IMG/VR virus record: IMGVR_UViG_3300042363_001587
Span: 1-24,247 of that record
Direction: 5' to 3' (one strand)
Length of the DNA: 24,247 bases
DNA from: a virus
Taxonomy: Duplodnaviria; Caudoviricetes
The position numbers and the translations under genes were made by a program. This document shows positions 8,860 to 16,898 of this stretch, one piece after another (position 1 is the stretch's first letter; each line of letters starts with the position of its first letter). Below the pieces are notes generated by a model that saw only the letters and a program-made list of their open reading frames with translations, did no database searches and was not told the DNA's origin.

Positions 8860-8969
8860 GTTGTCGTTTTTACAACACCCCCCTTAAAAGGGGGCAAAAA
8901 CCGTCGGTCGCTTTATAGATGGGATTGGCACGAGTTTCCGAAGTGTTGTCGTTTTCACAACACCCCCCT
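8860..8969. repeat. Two 25-bp direct repeats, each containing a palindrome (operator-like)
   Basis: GTTGTCGTTTTTACAACACCCCCCT at 8860-8884 and GTTGTCGTTTTCACAACACCCCCCT at 8945-8969 are 24/25 identical with an 85-bp period. Each contains GTTGT-N7-ACAAC. They sit in an AT-rich gap. Confidence 0.85.
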
Positions 8970-9323
8970 GCTCACGACTCGCGGACGTACGCGCCGCCCC
9001 GCTCCAGAGAGCTGCGAATCATCCACGGAACTGTCCGAATCGTCACTTCGGGCACACTCATGGCGCGAGAGGGGAACCCTGAGAAGCGCAGGGCCACCGT
9101 GCTGCGCGGTGCGGCAGAGGTATCCCTGCTCGACGAGACTAGTGAGTGCCCGCGAGACGGCAGCTCGATCAAGGTCCAAGTGCTGCTCGATGACCAGCAG
9201 TTTCAGGACACGCGCTTCGACGACGTCGAGATACTCGATGGCCGCCCGAAAGACCTGCAGCTCGCGCGGGCTCACCTTCGTATCGCTCAGAATCTGACGA
9301 AAGATCGGGATCTCGAACTGCAT
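8955..9323 (-). CDS. Winged-helix DNA-binding protein, 122 aa, with terminase-like C-terminal tail
   Basis: The ATG at 9323 overlaps the terminase TGA (TGATG). IEQHLDLDRAAVSRALTSLVEQGYL is an HTH pattern. The protein ends RPRVVSRGVL. Confidence 0.75.
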   Translation of the reverse strand: MQFEIPIFRQILSDTKVSPRELQVFRAAIEYLDVVEARVLKLLVIEQHLDLDRAAVSRALTSLVEQGYLCRTAQHGGPALLRVPLSRHECARSDDSDSSVDDSQLSGAGRRVRPRVVSRGVL

Positions 9324-11287
9324 CAGTACACGCCCTTCGAGACGACACGAGGGCGGGTGCGTGAGCGAGGCGGTGCTTGTGACGCGGTGACGGCATGAGG
9401 AGGACTGGTCAGCACACTGACCACCTCTGCCGATTCCGCCGCTGCGAGTTTTGCGAGATCCTGCAGAACACGGCTGCCTAGCGAGACTAGAGCCGCATAC
9501 GCGTACACCGTGGTGTCTAGTACTTCGTTGGCAAGATCCTTCGCCTTCTTTCGCCATACGCGAATCGGGCGCCGATTCCGGTACTCTGTCTTCAGCTCCT
9601 CTGCCGTGAGCTGCAGGAAGAACGCGGCATCGAGCCCCGCCGGGAAGTTCACGAATTCGGGGCCGCGCTCCTTTACGATCAGCCGTCCGAAGAACATGTC
9701 CTTTACCGTGTCGATGCCGACGATTCGGGAGCGGATGTTCTTGCCGCTCCGACGTCGCGTCTCCTTCGGTGGATCTGCGATCACCGGTCGCCCGCGGCCT
9801 TCCTTACCCTGAATCGGGATCACCTTCGCGCCGTTTGGGCCCACGAAGCGTCGTGCGAAGCGATGCACGTGTCCGGTCTGGTACTTCGCATCGATGCACG
9901 TGGCCGCGATATAGCGAGATCTTCCCGCCTCGTCGGTGAAGCCTTGCTGTAGGTACGCGCTGACCTCGCGCCACGTCTTCTCGAGCGCTGGGTCGCCTTC
10001 GATGATCTTCCAATCGATGACCCATGACTGCTCGCCGGCGCCGAATCCCCAGACGGTGAGGTGCACGCTGTCACCTTGCACGTCGCCGCCACAGGTGAGA
10101 AGACGGACGCCCTTCGGGACCTGAGCGCGGTACACCTCTGCACGCTGCTGCAGGAAGCTCGAGCTGACCGCCGAAGACTTCTCAGCATAAGGCAGTCCGC
10201 AGATGTTGTTGACGAAGGTGCGCATCTTCGCCGGCGAGCGCACCGCTCTGGAGAAGCGCTGGGCGATACGCGTCCACGAGATCAGCGGCGAGATGAACGC
10301 GGGAATGTGAAATCCCTCAGCAAGCCGACCGGCATGACGCGGCCGCCATTCACCTTTCGCGAGCATTCTGCTCTTCTCCCACTCGCTGATCAGGCATGCG
10401 CATTCCTCGCAGACGTACGACACCGTACCGGGTACCACCTCGCCAGCGGAGTCCTTGTCCCAAACAAAACGTGCGTCGCCGCTGCTGTTGTCGTCTCCAT
10501 CCTCCATACCGTCTCGCCAGCGCAGCACCTGCTCGTGCTCGCAGTGAGGGCAGGGCATGTACCAGTCGTTCCATGTCGATCGAGTCAGCTCGTCGTAGAT
10601 GCGAGAAGAGCCGGACACCGTCGGCGTTGATTCGAAGTACTCCTTGTAGTCCCAGAACGTCTCACCACGCGAGCGCGCGAGTTCGATGGGATCACCATCC
10701 TCGCTGAGCTCTGCGATGATGTTGTCCACCTCTGAGAACCAGATGCGCGCTGCAGAGATCGATCGGAGGTCCGACGAGGAGCGGGCCGTCAGGAGGTCCA
10801 GCGTACCGTTGGGGAACTCCTTGTGCGCGATCGCGTCATTTGAGTCACGCAGGCCAGACCGATCGAACAGTCGTGCCAGCCGGGGTGTCTCATCGATCAT
10901 GGGATCGAGACGCGTCATGGACCACCTGCGGAGCAGCTTCTCTGTAGGCCATACCGACAGCATCGGCGCCGGCGCCTCGTCCATGGTCCAGCCCACCCAG
11001 TTCTCGCCGATGGTGGTACCGGCAACCTGGGCGCCCTTCATCACAACAACGGTTTGAATCCGCGGGTCTGTAAGCGCGTCCATGATCCCCTTCAGGTAGG
11101 GGATGCGGTCGTTCCGGAACCGTCCGCCCTCGGAGCTGCTCGAGCTGGGCAGCACGCGATGCTCTTCAGCCCACGCCGCGATTGAGAGCGGCGTGCGCGG
11201 TGCGTATGCCGTCGCCGCCTCACGCTGAACATCGGCGAGCAGCTCCGAGACGCTGGTCTCGTAGGACAGTGCCGGAAGAGCCGTCAT
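9323..11287 (-). CDS. Terminase large subunit, lambda gpA family
   Basis: 654 aa with VMKGAQVAGT (Walker A), ESTPT, MPCPHC...CEEC, GGDVQ and NEVLD motifs. Confidence 0.96.
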   Translation of the reverse strand: MTALPALSYETSVSELLADVQREAATAYAPRTPLSIAAWAEEHRVLPSSSSSEGGRFRNDRIPYLKGIMDALTDPRIQTVVVMKGAQVAGTTIGENWVGWTMDEAPAPMLSVWPTEKLLRRWSMTRLDPMIDETPRLARLFDRSGLRDSNDAIAHKEFPNGTLDLLTARSSSDLRSISAARIWFSEVDNIIAELSEDGDPIELARSRGETFWDYKEYFESTPTVSGSSRIYDELTRSTWNDWYMPCPHCEHEQVLRWRDGMEDGDDNSSGDARFVWDKDSAGEVVPGTVSYVCEECACLISEWEKSRMLAKGEWRPRHAGRLAEGFHIPAFISPLISWTRIAQRFSRAVRSPAKMRTFVNNICGLPYAEKSSAVSSSFLQQRAEVYRAQVPKGVRLLTCGGDVQGDSVHLTVWGFGAGEQSWVIDWKIIEGDPALEKTWREVSAYLQQGFTDEAGRSRYIAATCIDAKYQTGHVHRFARRFVGPNGAKVIPIQGKEGRGRPVIADPPKETRRRSGKNIRSRIVGIDTVKDMFFGRLIVKERGPEFVNFPAGLDAAFFLQLTAEELKTEYRNRRPIRVWRKKAKDLANEVLDTTVYAYAALVSLGSRVLQDLAKLAAAESAEVVSVLTSPPHAVTASQAPPRSRTRPRVVSKGVY

Positions 11288-11850
11288 ACCGAGGCCTCGA
11301 GCTCAGACTGCTCTGCCGTCTCCGTGATGGCGCGCCATGCCTCGGGTAGCCGCAGATCCTTGATCTGATCTTCCGCGATCTCGGAAGCGGCCTGCACGGC
11401 CGCCGCGGTGTCCGGCAGTGAGACCAGCCGGTGAGCAAACCGACGCGGCCCTTGGCGCAACACGTTTGCGAGCTGCGTGTGCAGTGATCGGATCACGCTG
11501 ACTGCTGCACGACGCTCAACGAGCTCGCTGCGCTCCTTCCGAAGCTTCAGCTCCTTCAGCTCGATGTCGGCCAGCTGCTCCCGTTCGTAGAGCTTTTCGG
11601 GTTTGTCCTCCTTTTGCGCGAGCACAGTCTCTCTCCACCACGCGATGAACTTCGGCGCATCGAATTCAGCGGAGACGCCCGGGCGCCCGCGCGATTCGCA
11701 CGGGGCGCCCTGGTCTACCCACTTGGCAATCGTTGGGCGAGTTACGCCAAGCAACGACGCCATTTCCCCGGCATTCACCCGCAGGCGGTTTTGTCCGCCC
11801 GAAGTGGTGCCAGATGCAGCGGGTTCGGCTGGTTGCTTTCCTTTCGCCAC
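11284..11850 (-). CDS. Terminase small subunit, Nu1-like
   Basis: VNAGEMASLLGVTRPTIAKWVDQGAP...FIAWW matches the gpNu1 wHTH and is followed by a coiled coil. ATGA-coupled to the large subunit. Start (GTG 11850) is uncertain. Confidence 0.88.
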   Translation of the reverse strand: MAKGKQPAEPAASGTTSGGQNRLRVNAGEMASLLGVTRPTIAKWVDQGAPCESRGRPGVSAEFDAPKFIAWWRETVLAQKEDKPEKLYEREQLADIELKELKLRKERSELVERRAAVSVIRSLHTQLANVLRQGPRRFAHRLVSLPDTAAAVQAASEIAEDQIKDLRLPEAWRAITETAEQSELEASV

Positions 11851-11859
11851 GCGGATTAC

Positions 11860-11969
11860 AGAGAGGAAACGGGGAAACAAAACAAAAGTGAGAATATTCC
11901 GCGCCGATCACATAGACACTGATCTCGGTCTGCGGCTGCCCGATGGGTGCCCCCCCGGCGGGAGGACCC
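11860..11969 (-). other. Candidate cos site (cosQ-cosN-cosB layout)
   Basis: The minus strand has GGGTCCT (the lambda cosQ heptamer) at 11969-11963, then 21 nt, then GGGCAGCCGCAG within a TCGG...CCGA dyad (11925-11943), then an AT-rich tract up to the small terminase gene. Confidence 0.65.
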
Positions 11970-12016
11970 GCGAGTGGGACGAGACGCGCGGGCGTGGCAC
12001 GGTTTGTGGCGCGAGG

Positions 12017-12202
12017 TCACGCGCGGCTCGGGAGCTGCGGCACGAGCTGGTGATCGACCGCGTGCTGCAGTTCGTCGAGAATGTGCATGAGGTCTGCGCG
12101 TTCGCCGGCACTGAGCTTCAGCAGCGGGGCGTGCTTGAGCGTGTCTCTCCAGCGTCGCGCCTTGCCAGTCACCATTCGCGCCTCTTCTTTCGTGTTGATC
12201 AT
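12017..12202 (-). CDS. Hypothetical phage protein, 61 aa
   Basis: ATGA-coupled to the upstream gene; last ORF before cos. Confidence 0.55.
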   Translation of the reverse strand: MINTKEEARMVTGKARRWRDTLKHAPLLKLSAGERADLMHILDELQHAVDHQLVPQLPSRA

Positions 12203-12738
12203 CGGCTATGCGTTGTTGTGAGTGAGAGACTGCGTGCGCGTATCGAGCTGACCCATGGCTGCGGCTCCCATCCATCGTCCTCGAGGGGCGGAGTAGGCAC
12301 GCGTAACAACCGCTGCCCACGTTCGTCGAACCTCTCCGCCTTCCCCTGACGCTCCAGTCTCAGCACCGCCCATTTGATGGATTTCCATGGGCGGCCCGTG
12401 AGCTCCGACAGATCGCTCATTGACGTGGCACCACGCTCCTCGAGCACCTGAAGGACCAGCTGCGTGACCTGCAGGCGCGTGACGGCTTCCACGCCCTCCG
12501 TAAGCAATCGATCCGTGGGATACCAGTACGCCGTGCGCTTACTGCCCGTCTGTGCCGTTGGCGGACCAAACTCGCGACGCAACAGTCCACGACGGGCTAA
12601 GTCGCTGCAGAACGCCGACAGCGGCTGTACCGCTATCTCCTCGCTCATGTGCGCGGCGATGCGCGATGTTGGTAAACCCGGACGCTTGAGCACGTGAGTC
12701 AGGATCTGTACGGTAACGGTCTGCGACGGCTTCATCAT
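12199..12738 (-). CDS. Tandem winged-helix protein, 179 aa
   Basis: Two wHTH-like units: ILTHVLKRPGLPTSRIA...LARRGLL and VLQVLEERGATSMSDLSELTG...LERQGKA. Coupled at both ends. Confidence 0.65.
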   Translation of the reverse strand: MMKPSQTVTVQILTHVLKRPGLPTSRIAAHMSEEIAVQPLSAFCSDLARRGLLRREFGPPTAQTGSKRTAYWYPTDRLLTEGVEAVTRLQVTQLVLQVLEERGATSMSDLSELTGRPWKSIKWAVLRLERQGKAERFDERGQRLLRVPTPPLEDDGWEPQPWVSSIRARSLSLTTTHSR

Positions 12739-12974
12739 AGCTCATCCTGCTGCAGTGCATTCGAAGCCACGTGCCGAGCTTTCTGTCGGAGCTTCCGTAG
12801 CTGATCGCGTGACTTCTCGTCCAACGTGCCGAGTGTCACTGCGATCTCGTGGATGTTCATCGCCTTCCGCAAGAGCACCGCGGCGCGTTCAATCTCCTGC
12901 ACCAGCTTTCGATCTGCTTTCGCCTGCAGCTGATCTGCCGGATGGATGGAGTCCAGTGACAGCGTCTCAGACAC
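12735..12974 (-). CDS. Hypothetical helical protein, ~79 aa
   Basis: Start re-called at GTG 12974 (GAGG upstream), overlapping the upstream stop; MSETLSLDSIHPADQ... Confidence 0.6.
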   Translation of the reverse strand: MSETLSLDSIHPADQLQAKADRKLVQEIERAAVLLRKAMNIHEIAVTLGTLDEKSRDQLRKLRQKARHVASNALQQDEL

Positions 12975-13626
12975 GGCGCACCTCTGGCGTGAAGGACACC
13001 ACCCACACCCACGGATTCGCGTCCCAGCCAAAGCCACGTGAGGCGTTGAGCGAGTCCCAGAGCCGCCAGTAACAGATACGCGGTGTGAAGAAGTCGCTCG
13101 GCTGCTTTGGCTGCCGTGCGATGTAGTTAGTCTCAGCGCCGTCCAAGCGGCTCTGCCACCGCACACCCTCGGCTCCTACGTCGGAATCACTGATGTTCTG
13201 CAACCGCTCCACGCGCACGTCGGTGATTTCGAGCGTGAGGCGTGAGGCCCAGCGCGGCACGTGGATGGACGGGCGAAACGCGTAGCCTGGGTACTCGCTC
13301 CCTTGGTACGTCAGCTCGTGGTCGAGCGGCCGCTCGTAGCGGACCTTCTGGCCGAACGACATAGCGAATGTCCACCGCTGGCGACCACTCTTCGTAAAAC
13401 CGTCCTTCCACCACTGTCCGTAGAGCCATGCGCTTTCCCGCACCCACAGCCGGTCGCCAGGTACGCCGTACGGGCACGTACTCAGTTCCGGTGCGGCGTC
13501 CGTAGCAAGGCGAGCTACGCGCACCCCGCAGACACTGTGCATAGCAACCCGCCGCGTCTGCGTCTTCGAGCCGTCGAGTAGCGCCCGCATCATCGGGCCG
13601 CTGAACAGAATGGGGCGCTCACGCAT
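12967..13626 (-). CDS. Conserved phage protein, ASCH/PUA-like (MRERPILF...KTQTRR family)
   Basis: RPILFS.PM.RA.L.G.KTQTRR, CPYG.PGDRLWVRE, PSIH.PRWASR, VERLQ.IS and W.ANPWVWV motifs. Confidence 0.85.
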   Translation of the reverse strand: MRERPILFSGPMMRALLDGSKTQTRRVAMHSVCGVRVARLATDAAPELSTCPYGVPGDRLWVRESAWLYGQWWKDGFTKSGRQRWTFAMSFGQKVRYERPLDHELTYQGSEYPGYAFRPSIHVPRWASRLTLEITDVRVERLQNISDSDVGAEGVRWQSRLDGAETNYIARQPKQPSDFFTPRICYWRLWDSLNASRGFGWDANPWVWVVSFTPEVRRV

Positions 13627-13972
13627 CGCTCGCGCCTCCGGTGAGGGCGGGTTCCTGATCCATTCCCCACTGGAGACGCGCTGCTAGCCACGCCAAGTCA
13701 TCGCGCTCCTCGTCAGCTAAGACACGGCCACCGATGGCGATTCGGCGCAGCACAGCTACACAGGACGGCAGAATCCCGTTCGGTGCGCACACTTCAGCGA
13801 ACCGAACGCCACTCCCCCCCGCCTCGGCGCGGGCTTCCAGTGCGCGGACCGCTTCGCATAGCTCCACCACATCTGCCGCCGACACGTTGCCGATGATCTT
13901 CACGTCGGGTTCCCACGCATACGCGCACCGCTCTACCTCGGCGGTAATTCGCTTTACTCGCTCACGGTTCAC
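13619..13972 (-). CDS. Hypothetical phage protein, 117 aa
   Basis: Overlap-coupled at both ends. Confidence 0.6.
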   Translation of the reverse strand: MNRERVKRITAEVERCAYAWEPDVKIIGNVSAADVVELCEAVRALEARAEAGGSGVRFAEVCAPNGILPSCVAVLRRIAIGGRVLADEERDDLAWLAARLQWGMDQEPALTGGASDA

Positions 13973-14316
13973 GGCTGCTGGCCTCGGTGGAAGGCGGCGA
14001 TCTCCTGCTCGTGTGCAAGCACCAGAATTCGAAGACGCTCCGGAACGCTACCCGCTTCCTCGGGAATACCGGCACGATCAAGAATCTGCGAGACCAGCTC
14101 CAGTTCGACGGCCGTATCTTCGAGGTAACGCGCCTCATCGAGCAGGACACGCACGTTCTCGCGCGTGGTTGCGCGGTACCCTGCTCGGATGTACGAGTGC
14201 ATCCGCTTCAAGTCCCACTTGGAGAGGGGGACTTCCTTGTCGCCTTCGCCGGTGATCAGGCGAAGTTGCGTCTCCCTGTACAGCTGAGCCTCTCGGTAGC
14301 GGAGTTCGTTGCTCAT
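13969..14316 (-). CDS. Hypothetical phage protein, ~115 aa
   Basis: Start re-called at ATG 14316 (ATGA overlap, AAGGTG upstream); MSNELRYREAQ... Confidence 0.6.
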   Translation of the reverse strand: MSNELRYREAQLYRETQLRLITGEGDKEVPLSKWDLKRMHSYIRAGYRATTRENVRVLLDEARYLEDTAVELELVSQILDRAGIPEEAGSVPERLRILVLAHEQEIAAFHRGQQP

Positions 14317-14522
14317 GGCTTCACCTTCCGTCCTTTGATACCAGCAAGCTTGCGGCATCGTGAACAGGTTGCCGTTTCGGGGACAAGGGTCCATGACTGA
14401 CCGCGCTGCAGATTGATAGCCTTCGGCTTCTTGTAACAAAGAGCGGAGACTTCACCTTCGTCGTTCATCTTCGACGCGATGTGGTAGACCTTGTGATCGT
14501 AGTAGGGGTCAGCCTTCCGCAT
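14313..14522 (-). CDS. Small putative zinc-binding protein, ~69 aa
   Basis: ATG 14522 with GAGGT RBS; H...LC...TCSRC ligand pattern. Confidence 0.55.
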   Translation of the reverse strand: MRKADPYYDHKVYHIASKMNDEGEVSALCYKKPKAINLQRGQSWTLVPETATCSRCRKLAGIKGRKVKP

Positions 14523-15270
14523 CGTGCACCTCGCTGGCATCTGGCGTCGGCGACTCATGGCTGGGGGTGTAGTTCATGCGACCCGCCTTGCGCTCGTTCT
14601 CCAGATACTCTGGCGTGACCTTTAACACGCTGCCTTTGAACGACGGCGTAACCGGCTTGGTGAAGTCGATAGGCTGTGCGGCACCATCCGTTTCGTCGTG
14701 AAGGCCGGATAGCGGGAGGCCGTAAGGCTGCTGTAGCTTGGCGAGTTTTGAGCGCGAGTTGAATTCAACCATTGAACACAGGCGCCGATACTCGGCGGCA
14801 AACCTCTCTGCGTTACCTTCGTCATCCGATTCAAACGCATGCAGGGTCGAGAGGACTTGCTCGCTTAGGGCAACATGCGCACGTGAGGCCCGATCAAACT
14901 GCGTCCGAAGGAACGAGTCGTAGCGATCCTCCTGCGCGACGGGGTTGGTCGCCATCGCACGATACGCGTACATGGCGGCACGCCACAGCTTTGGCGCGTG
15001 CCACGACGGATTGCTGATGACAGTTCGTGGTGGGTAGTTGCCTTCGACGTACTCCAAAAACATCGGCGGCATTGGCGCGTTAACGAACACCTCCGTCTGC
15101 AGCTCTGCCTGCTTTGTGTCGAGGGTCGTGATGGCATGCTCACGCGTCACCGCGAAGCACTCCGCGAGGCCTCGATGCGTCGCGCGATACTGCGACATCG
15201 GATGTGTCTCCGTTGCCGGTAGTCCGCACCGTGTGCAGACCACCGCTGTTGCTTCCGTCTTACTGTCCAT
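14509..15270 (-). CDS. Hypothetical phage protein, ~253 aa, N-terminal CxxC...H...C
   Basis: ATG 15270 with GGAG RBS; overlaps both neighbours. Confidence 0.6.
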   Translation of the reverse strand: MDSKTEATAVVCTRCGLPATETHPMSQYRATHRGLAECFAVTREHAITTLDTKQAELQTEVFVNAPMPPMFLEYVEGNYPPRTVISNPSWHAPKLWRAAMYAYRAMATNPVAQEDRYDSFLRTQFDRASRAHVALSEQVLSTLHAFESDDEGNAERFAAEYRRLCSMVEFNSRSKLAKLQQPYGLPLSGLHDETDGAAQPIDFTKPVTPSFKGSVLKVTPEYLENERKAGRMNYTPSHESPTPDASEVHDAEG

Positions 15271-15649
15271 AATTTGTCTCCGCTTCCACACGGGGAAGAA
15301 CTAGGGTTCGAAGTTTGGTCTCGTATCGGTCGACTACGCGAAAGGCCGCCTTCTCCGCCGCGCTGTTCGGCTGGCTGTCCACGAGTCGCATCCAGTCATC
15401 CATGGCGCGCAGGTAGGTGATGACCGTCTTTTCCAACGGCGTGCTGCCGTGTCCGTCTGGTTCGTTTCGCGCGAGTGCTTCCACGCAGTGCTTTGCCCGA
15501 CGAATCGCGCCACCGATCACGAGGTCAGGGTCGTGGTCTTCGCGCGCCGGGATGGACATCATCCATTCCCGTTCGCCGCTGCAGAGCGCTGCCACCATGT
15601 CGAGGGCGGCGTCGAGCGCGCCCAAGGTTTCCGAGGCTCGGCTGCTCAC
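15260..15649 (-). CDS. Hypothetical phage protein, 129 aa
   Basis: GTGA-coupled to the upstream gene. Confidence 0.6.
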   Translation of the reverse strand: MSSRASETLGALDAALDMVAALCSGEREWMMSIPAREDHDPDLVIGGAIRRAKHCVEALARNEPDGHGSTPLEKTVITYLRAMDDWMRLVDSQPNSAAEKAAFRVVDRYETKLRTLVLPRVEAETNYGQ

Positions 15650-16413
15650 CGCGCCGTCCGCATCGCGAAGTCGTAGAAGCCGACGTAGTTCGCGCGCAGC
15701 TGTTCCTCGAGGCCACGGTTGAACGTGCCCGCGAGATCGAGGCGCTTCGGGAGCGTGATCCTCGTACGGAAGAACCAGACCGCGTCGTACTCGCTGGTCT
15801 TGCCAACCTGCCGCCGTTCGAAGATGCCGACGTTTTCTTTGACGAAGTAAAACCGCGTGTTCTTCCGGAAGCCGCCGCGCTTCTTGGCTCCGCCTTTGTA
15901 CTGATTGGCGAACTCGTTGCCGCCGGCAATCGCCCGACGCGTCGTCAGACCAATGGCGGCCGGGTAGAGACTCCGCGCAACGCCCTTGGTGGCGCTGCGG
16001 AGCCCAGGTGCTGGGATCGTGAAGCCTCCGACCGCCAGCTCATTCCGCTGCGTGCGATACAACGCGCTCGAGCTGGCCGATCCGCCGTCGTCCTGACGGA
16101 GAATCAAGGCACCGAAGCGCTTGAAGAGATCCGTCCGGGCCGCGACACCACCACCGATGATGCGCAGGGTGGCGTTCGGCTGGCCGCGCCGCGTGTCGGC
16201 TCGGTCCTCGCGCGCAAACCGTACGGCCCGACGAAACTGCGTCCGCGCCGACGCCTGGCGAATCGTCAGGTTGGTGGAGATGTGATCCTGAATGAGCTGC
16301 TGCCGCTCCTCGATCGTGCGATTCTTTGCAAGGTCGAAGGCAAAGACGTGCTGCTTCTGCTGGTTGGTGATGTCACGGAGGATCGGGCGCTCATCGAACT
16401 TGACGCGAAACAT
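15646..16413 (-). CDS. gpZ-like tail completion / neck-family basic protein
   Basis: 255 aa and Arg/Lys-rich, with FA...A.NRT near the N-terminus, GIFERR, and C-terminal AMRTAR. This pattern is typical of gpZ-like proteins found upstream of cos in gpA-type prophages. Confidence 0.55.
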   Translation of the reverse strand: MFRVKFDERPILRDITNQQKQHVFAFDLAKNRTIEERQQLIQDHISTNLTIRQASARTQFRRAVRFAREDRADTRRGQPNATLRIIGGGVAARTDLFKRFGALILRQDDGGSASSSALYRTQRNELAVGGFTIPAPGLRSATKGVARSLYPAAIGLTTRRAIAGGNEFANQYKGGAKKRGGFRKNTRFYFVKENVGIFERRQVGKTSEYDAVWFFRTRITLPKRLDLAGTFNRGLEEQLRANYVGFYDFAMRTAR

Positions 16414-16898
16414 CAGGCGTCCCTCCGAATCCAGAGATCCACCCCGCGCTGCTCGCGGTGCACTGTCTGCGTGGGCAGGCAGAGCAGCTGGAGATGCGCC
16501 GGCGAGTCATCCGCCACGAAGCCTTCTTGCACCAGCACATCGACCGGCCACTTCATGGAGCTGCAGAGCTCCACCATGTCGCGCAGTGACCACAGCCGGA
16601 ACTCGATGCGGACGATGCTCCACTGCTCCCACGGCGTGGCGGGCCGACGCCAGCCGGCCGCGTCGAGGGCAGCGCGCGCACTGCTTTGGTATTCCTGCTG
16701 CTCGAGGTAGTAGAGCGGCATGGCCTTCTTCAGGTACGTCTTGCCGAACTTCCGTGTACGCCGCTTTGCGAGTTCGATCATGGCGTTGAAGGCCGGCGGC
16801 TCGGGCAGGGTGACGCGCACGACGGCGCCCACTTCCACCTCGGGCTGTGTAAGGCGCTCGTATGGCGACGAGGCCGTGCGGTAGCTGCGTGTGTGCAT
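16413..16898 (-). CDS. RusA-like Holliday junction resolvase (divergent)
   Basis: TLPEPPAFN, RD......MK..VD.LV..G...DDS pattern; downstream of the replication genes. Confidence 0.7.
   Translation of the reverse strand: MHTRSYRTASSPYERLTQPEVEVGAVVRVTLPEPPAFNAMIELAKRRTRKFGKTYLKKAMPLYYLEQQEYQSSARAALDAAGWRRPATPWEQWSIVRIEFRLWSLRDMVELCSSMKWPVDVLVQEGFVADDSPAHLQLLCLPTQTVHREQRGVDLWIRRDA

Noticed and set aside
8926-8941. TGGCACG resembling a sigma54 -24 box
   Set aside because: The -12 position reads TCCG rather than TTGC, and it faces away from the head genes.
8860-8969. 25-bp repeats as a minimal CRISPR array
   Set aside because: Only two copies, a 60-bp spacer, no cas genes, and one copy overlaps a coding end.
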